A model generated the notes under the pieces. The model had not been told where the DNA came from and searched no databases. It worked only from the letters and a program-made list of their open reading frames with translations. Position numbers and translations under genes: made by a program. This document shows positions 61,286 to 64,000 of a DNA stretch of 64,000 bases, one piece after another; within the stretch, counting starts at the first letter, position 1, and each line of letters begins with the position of its first letter. Where the stretch lies: assembly GCF_041956535.1 (NCBI RefSeq), contig NW_027192197.1:1013647-1077646 (forward strand), given 5' to 3'. Origin of the DNA: Calcarisporiella thermophila CBS 279.70 (Eukaryota > Fungi > Calcarisporiellomycota).

Positions 61286-64000
61286 CTAGCTACTGTAATA
61301 ACCGCCCTGCTGGGCCCCATGATAGCTGAGATAATGGGGAATATGGTTGTGAGGAGGGGGTGGCGGCGGTGGCGGCGGTGCGGGGGTAGAGTGAGGAGTG
61401 GACGTCCCCCCTTCTATGGAGATTAAAGTGTGGGGTTGCGCAGGGACCAAAAGAGAGGTTGCTGAGGGGTCATTCAGTCTATACCCCTGACTGTGGCTAG
61501 TGGATCGGTCGCTCGTCTCGCTCCTCTCCTCCACATCTCGAATAAACTCCTTCTCCCCAATCTCGAAAAATCTCGTGGCACCAGGAGGCGGCCTCATCAG
61601 TGGCACGCCCGTCTCTTCCAAAGGCACGCTGGGTCGAGCGGCGGAGGCATAGGAGGGGGTTGGATGAGCTCCGTATGGCACTATGCCCGCAAGCTCTTGC
61701 ATCTGACGCTCCATACGCTTTTGTTTGCGGACGCGATATCGCTCCCAGTCTTCCCAGCGCTTCATCATGAGCTTGGAGGAATCGAATTGACCATCTTTAT
61801 TCCCATGGTGGTCGCCTTTCTTTTCCCCGGAGATTTTCCTAGAGAAACCATCGGCCAGGAAGAGTTAGCTCATTCCCCTGTGAAAGTTCATAATTCTTCT
61901 AAAGAGGCCATTGTACCAACCTGGTTTCTCCCCAAGAGAAATCGTCAAAATGCCAGTATGCGTAGAGCGGCAAAATGAAGTTCCACACTGGCAGCGCTAG
62001 CAGGTATATTAGCATCCACATCACATATACGAGCTTGCGCGAGGTGAGCAGGATTAGAATCGCGGGAGAAAAAAGGACAAGCAGCAGGAGTATCAGCGGG
62101 ATGGCCGAGGCGAACGAGGTGATGGGGGTAAGAGAAATCATAATAATCAACGCGAATGTCAAAGCCAGGCCAATCGGGAGGGACACTGTCCCAATCAGAT
62201 CTAAAAACACGACGAACTGCATCGAAAAGCAGAAGGTGCCGCACAGGTTGCGTACAAGAATGAGCTCGAGCAGATTGTGGATAGTGGAGTTGATCCAACG
62301 GCGGCGCTGCGAGAGAAGCACATAGAATTGGTCGGGCACCACCGTTTTGCAGATCGCCTGGGGAAGGAACATCATTTTGCGATGCGGGAAATTGCGAAGC
62401 ATAAGAGTCGTTAAAAAGCGGTCTTCTCCGAGGAGCAAGAGGTTCTTCTGGTGGAGCGTATCGACCGTGTTCAGTGAGTACTCTTGGCAAATTTCGGGCT
62501 TAGTAAGGATGGGGACCCAGTCGTTATTACCCTTACGTGCCTTGATCCTAACAATGGAAGAATAGGTTAATGCCAAGCGCTCCCAGTGGGTGTTTGGTTT
62601 GGGCAAAAGATGCTTCAATGTAGTACCTGTACATGCAGAAACACCCGGGCAGACAGGTCACACCACCAAACACCGCTTCGAATGCTTTCCCAAGACTATA
62701 TAGAAGAGGTCGAGTTAGGTTCGACAAACCAAATTGATTCGATAGCAATGCATTGAATAGACTTACTGGTGCGAGATGTAATATTCATACACTTGGATGG
62801 CCGTTACCCAGGAGTCTCGTTTATTTGCAATCTTGGTCTCCCCGCAGAGCCCCATTATCCTTCCGTCGTTGACCATGCAGTTGACCATTAGCCGCAGGGA
62901 ATCGGCGTAGACCTTGGTATCTGCATCCACCTATGAACGGAGATGGTTAACACTGTTATTGGAAGGGCAATTCATACAAGGCATCTTATCACTGACCATC
63001 AAAACGATCTCAAAAAAATCCGGAGTCACCCCCATGATATAGTGGATTTTTCGAAAAATGTCATAGTCAAGCGCGGTCATACGCTCATTTAAGATAACGC
63101 GCGAGAAAAAGTTCATGAGAATTAGTTGAGAATCGCGTTTTCCTCGGTTCCCGGGCTTGGGTTTGGTCTGTTCTTCAGGAGTGCCCCATTTCACGACTAT
63201 AATCATAGGAGTGCGACGGCCTTTGCTACCTTCAAGGGTGAAGTGCAAGTGCAATCAGTGGACGGCACGCCAATTGGGCTTAATATATAACAACACTTAC
63301 AATAGTGTCCCACGTAAACCTTAGCCATATTGTGCTGTTTGGAGCCCTGCGCGACCGCAACATAGCTCTTCGGCTTTGGGTTACGAAATTTTGGATCCTC
63401 CTCCATCATCCCGATACAAATATCAGGAGTGGAACGCTTATTTCCCACGCCTGTGATTTGTCCGTCTAAATAGGTCATAGAGTGTTCATTTAGCAGTGCA
63501 CTCTTGTTTTAATCAAGTTCAACCCGCACTTTACCTGCAATGATAAAGAGCAGTTTTCTCTCATCTGGGTAGTCGGTCTCGGCCAAACTCTGGATGGTGT
63601 TTCTAATCGATTCCTCGCCTTCGGAATAGCAGGTTATAAGCAAAATAGTAAAGAGGTCGTTGCCTATATTCTCTCCCGAAATTTGCCTGGCCGGGCTCGA
63701 GGGCATAACATGGCCCTCCCACGGGGTGGGTTTTCGCGAAAGCATCTCAAACTGGTTATCCTGCATCAGCCTGGTTGCTTGTTCTTCAAAAGCACGCTCT
63801 CTGGGTTTGCGCGCAAGTCTCCAGGAAATGAACCAGGAGAAAAGAAGAGCCATTGCAAAGCGAGTAATGATAATGCCTAATTGATCGCAAAACAAGTGTC
63901 ACTCCCTTTGTTATAAAGCAGGATTAAAGCATCAAACTTACTCAAAACCATTATGAGCATGATCAGAAGGAAAATCGTCGTCGCAAAGCATCCAGAGTTG
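61286..64000 (-). CDS. Chitin synthase (division 2), 3' part; 5' end lies beyond the window
   Basis: [52 protein letters not shown] and [12 protein letters not shown]. Confidence 0.96.

Overview
Gene-dense, intron-rich eukaryotic DNA from a fungus, probably an early-diverging lineage (inferred from gene content and short 60-150 nt GT-AG introns). It holds about 20 protein-coding genes: a FIP-RBD-like coiled-coil protein, a Fungal_trans transcription factor, a forkhead TF, cis-prenyltransferase, V-ATPase subunit f/RNASEK, BAR-PH-ArfGAP, a TBRG1-like FYR protein, the Kha1 antiporter, a YtcJ-like amidohydrolase, an M13 peptidase, an SH3 protein, a cPLA2/lysophospholipase, IQGAP, SPF30, RTC3, an ET-domain protein, a homeobox TF, two orphan secreted proteins and the 3' part of a chitin synthase. 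Not visible in the ORF track are an RNase P RNA gene (26381-26709), read from its P1-P4/P12/P19 pairings and CR motifs, and a second ~350-nt structured island (58428-58796) that starts with the same A-box-like motif. Other highlights are a secreted Kex2-type repeat precursor (59060-60403) and an AT-rich decay island (35.4-39.3 kb) containing a CACTA-like MITE, a palindrome, duplications and pseudogenes. All calls were made by eye; exon boundaries and RNA folds were not computed.
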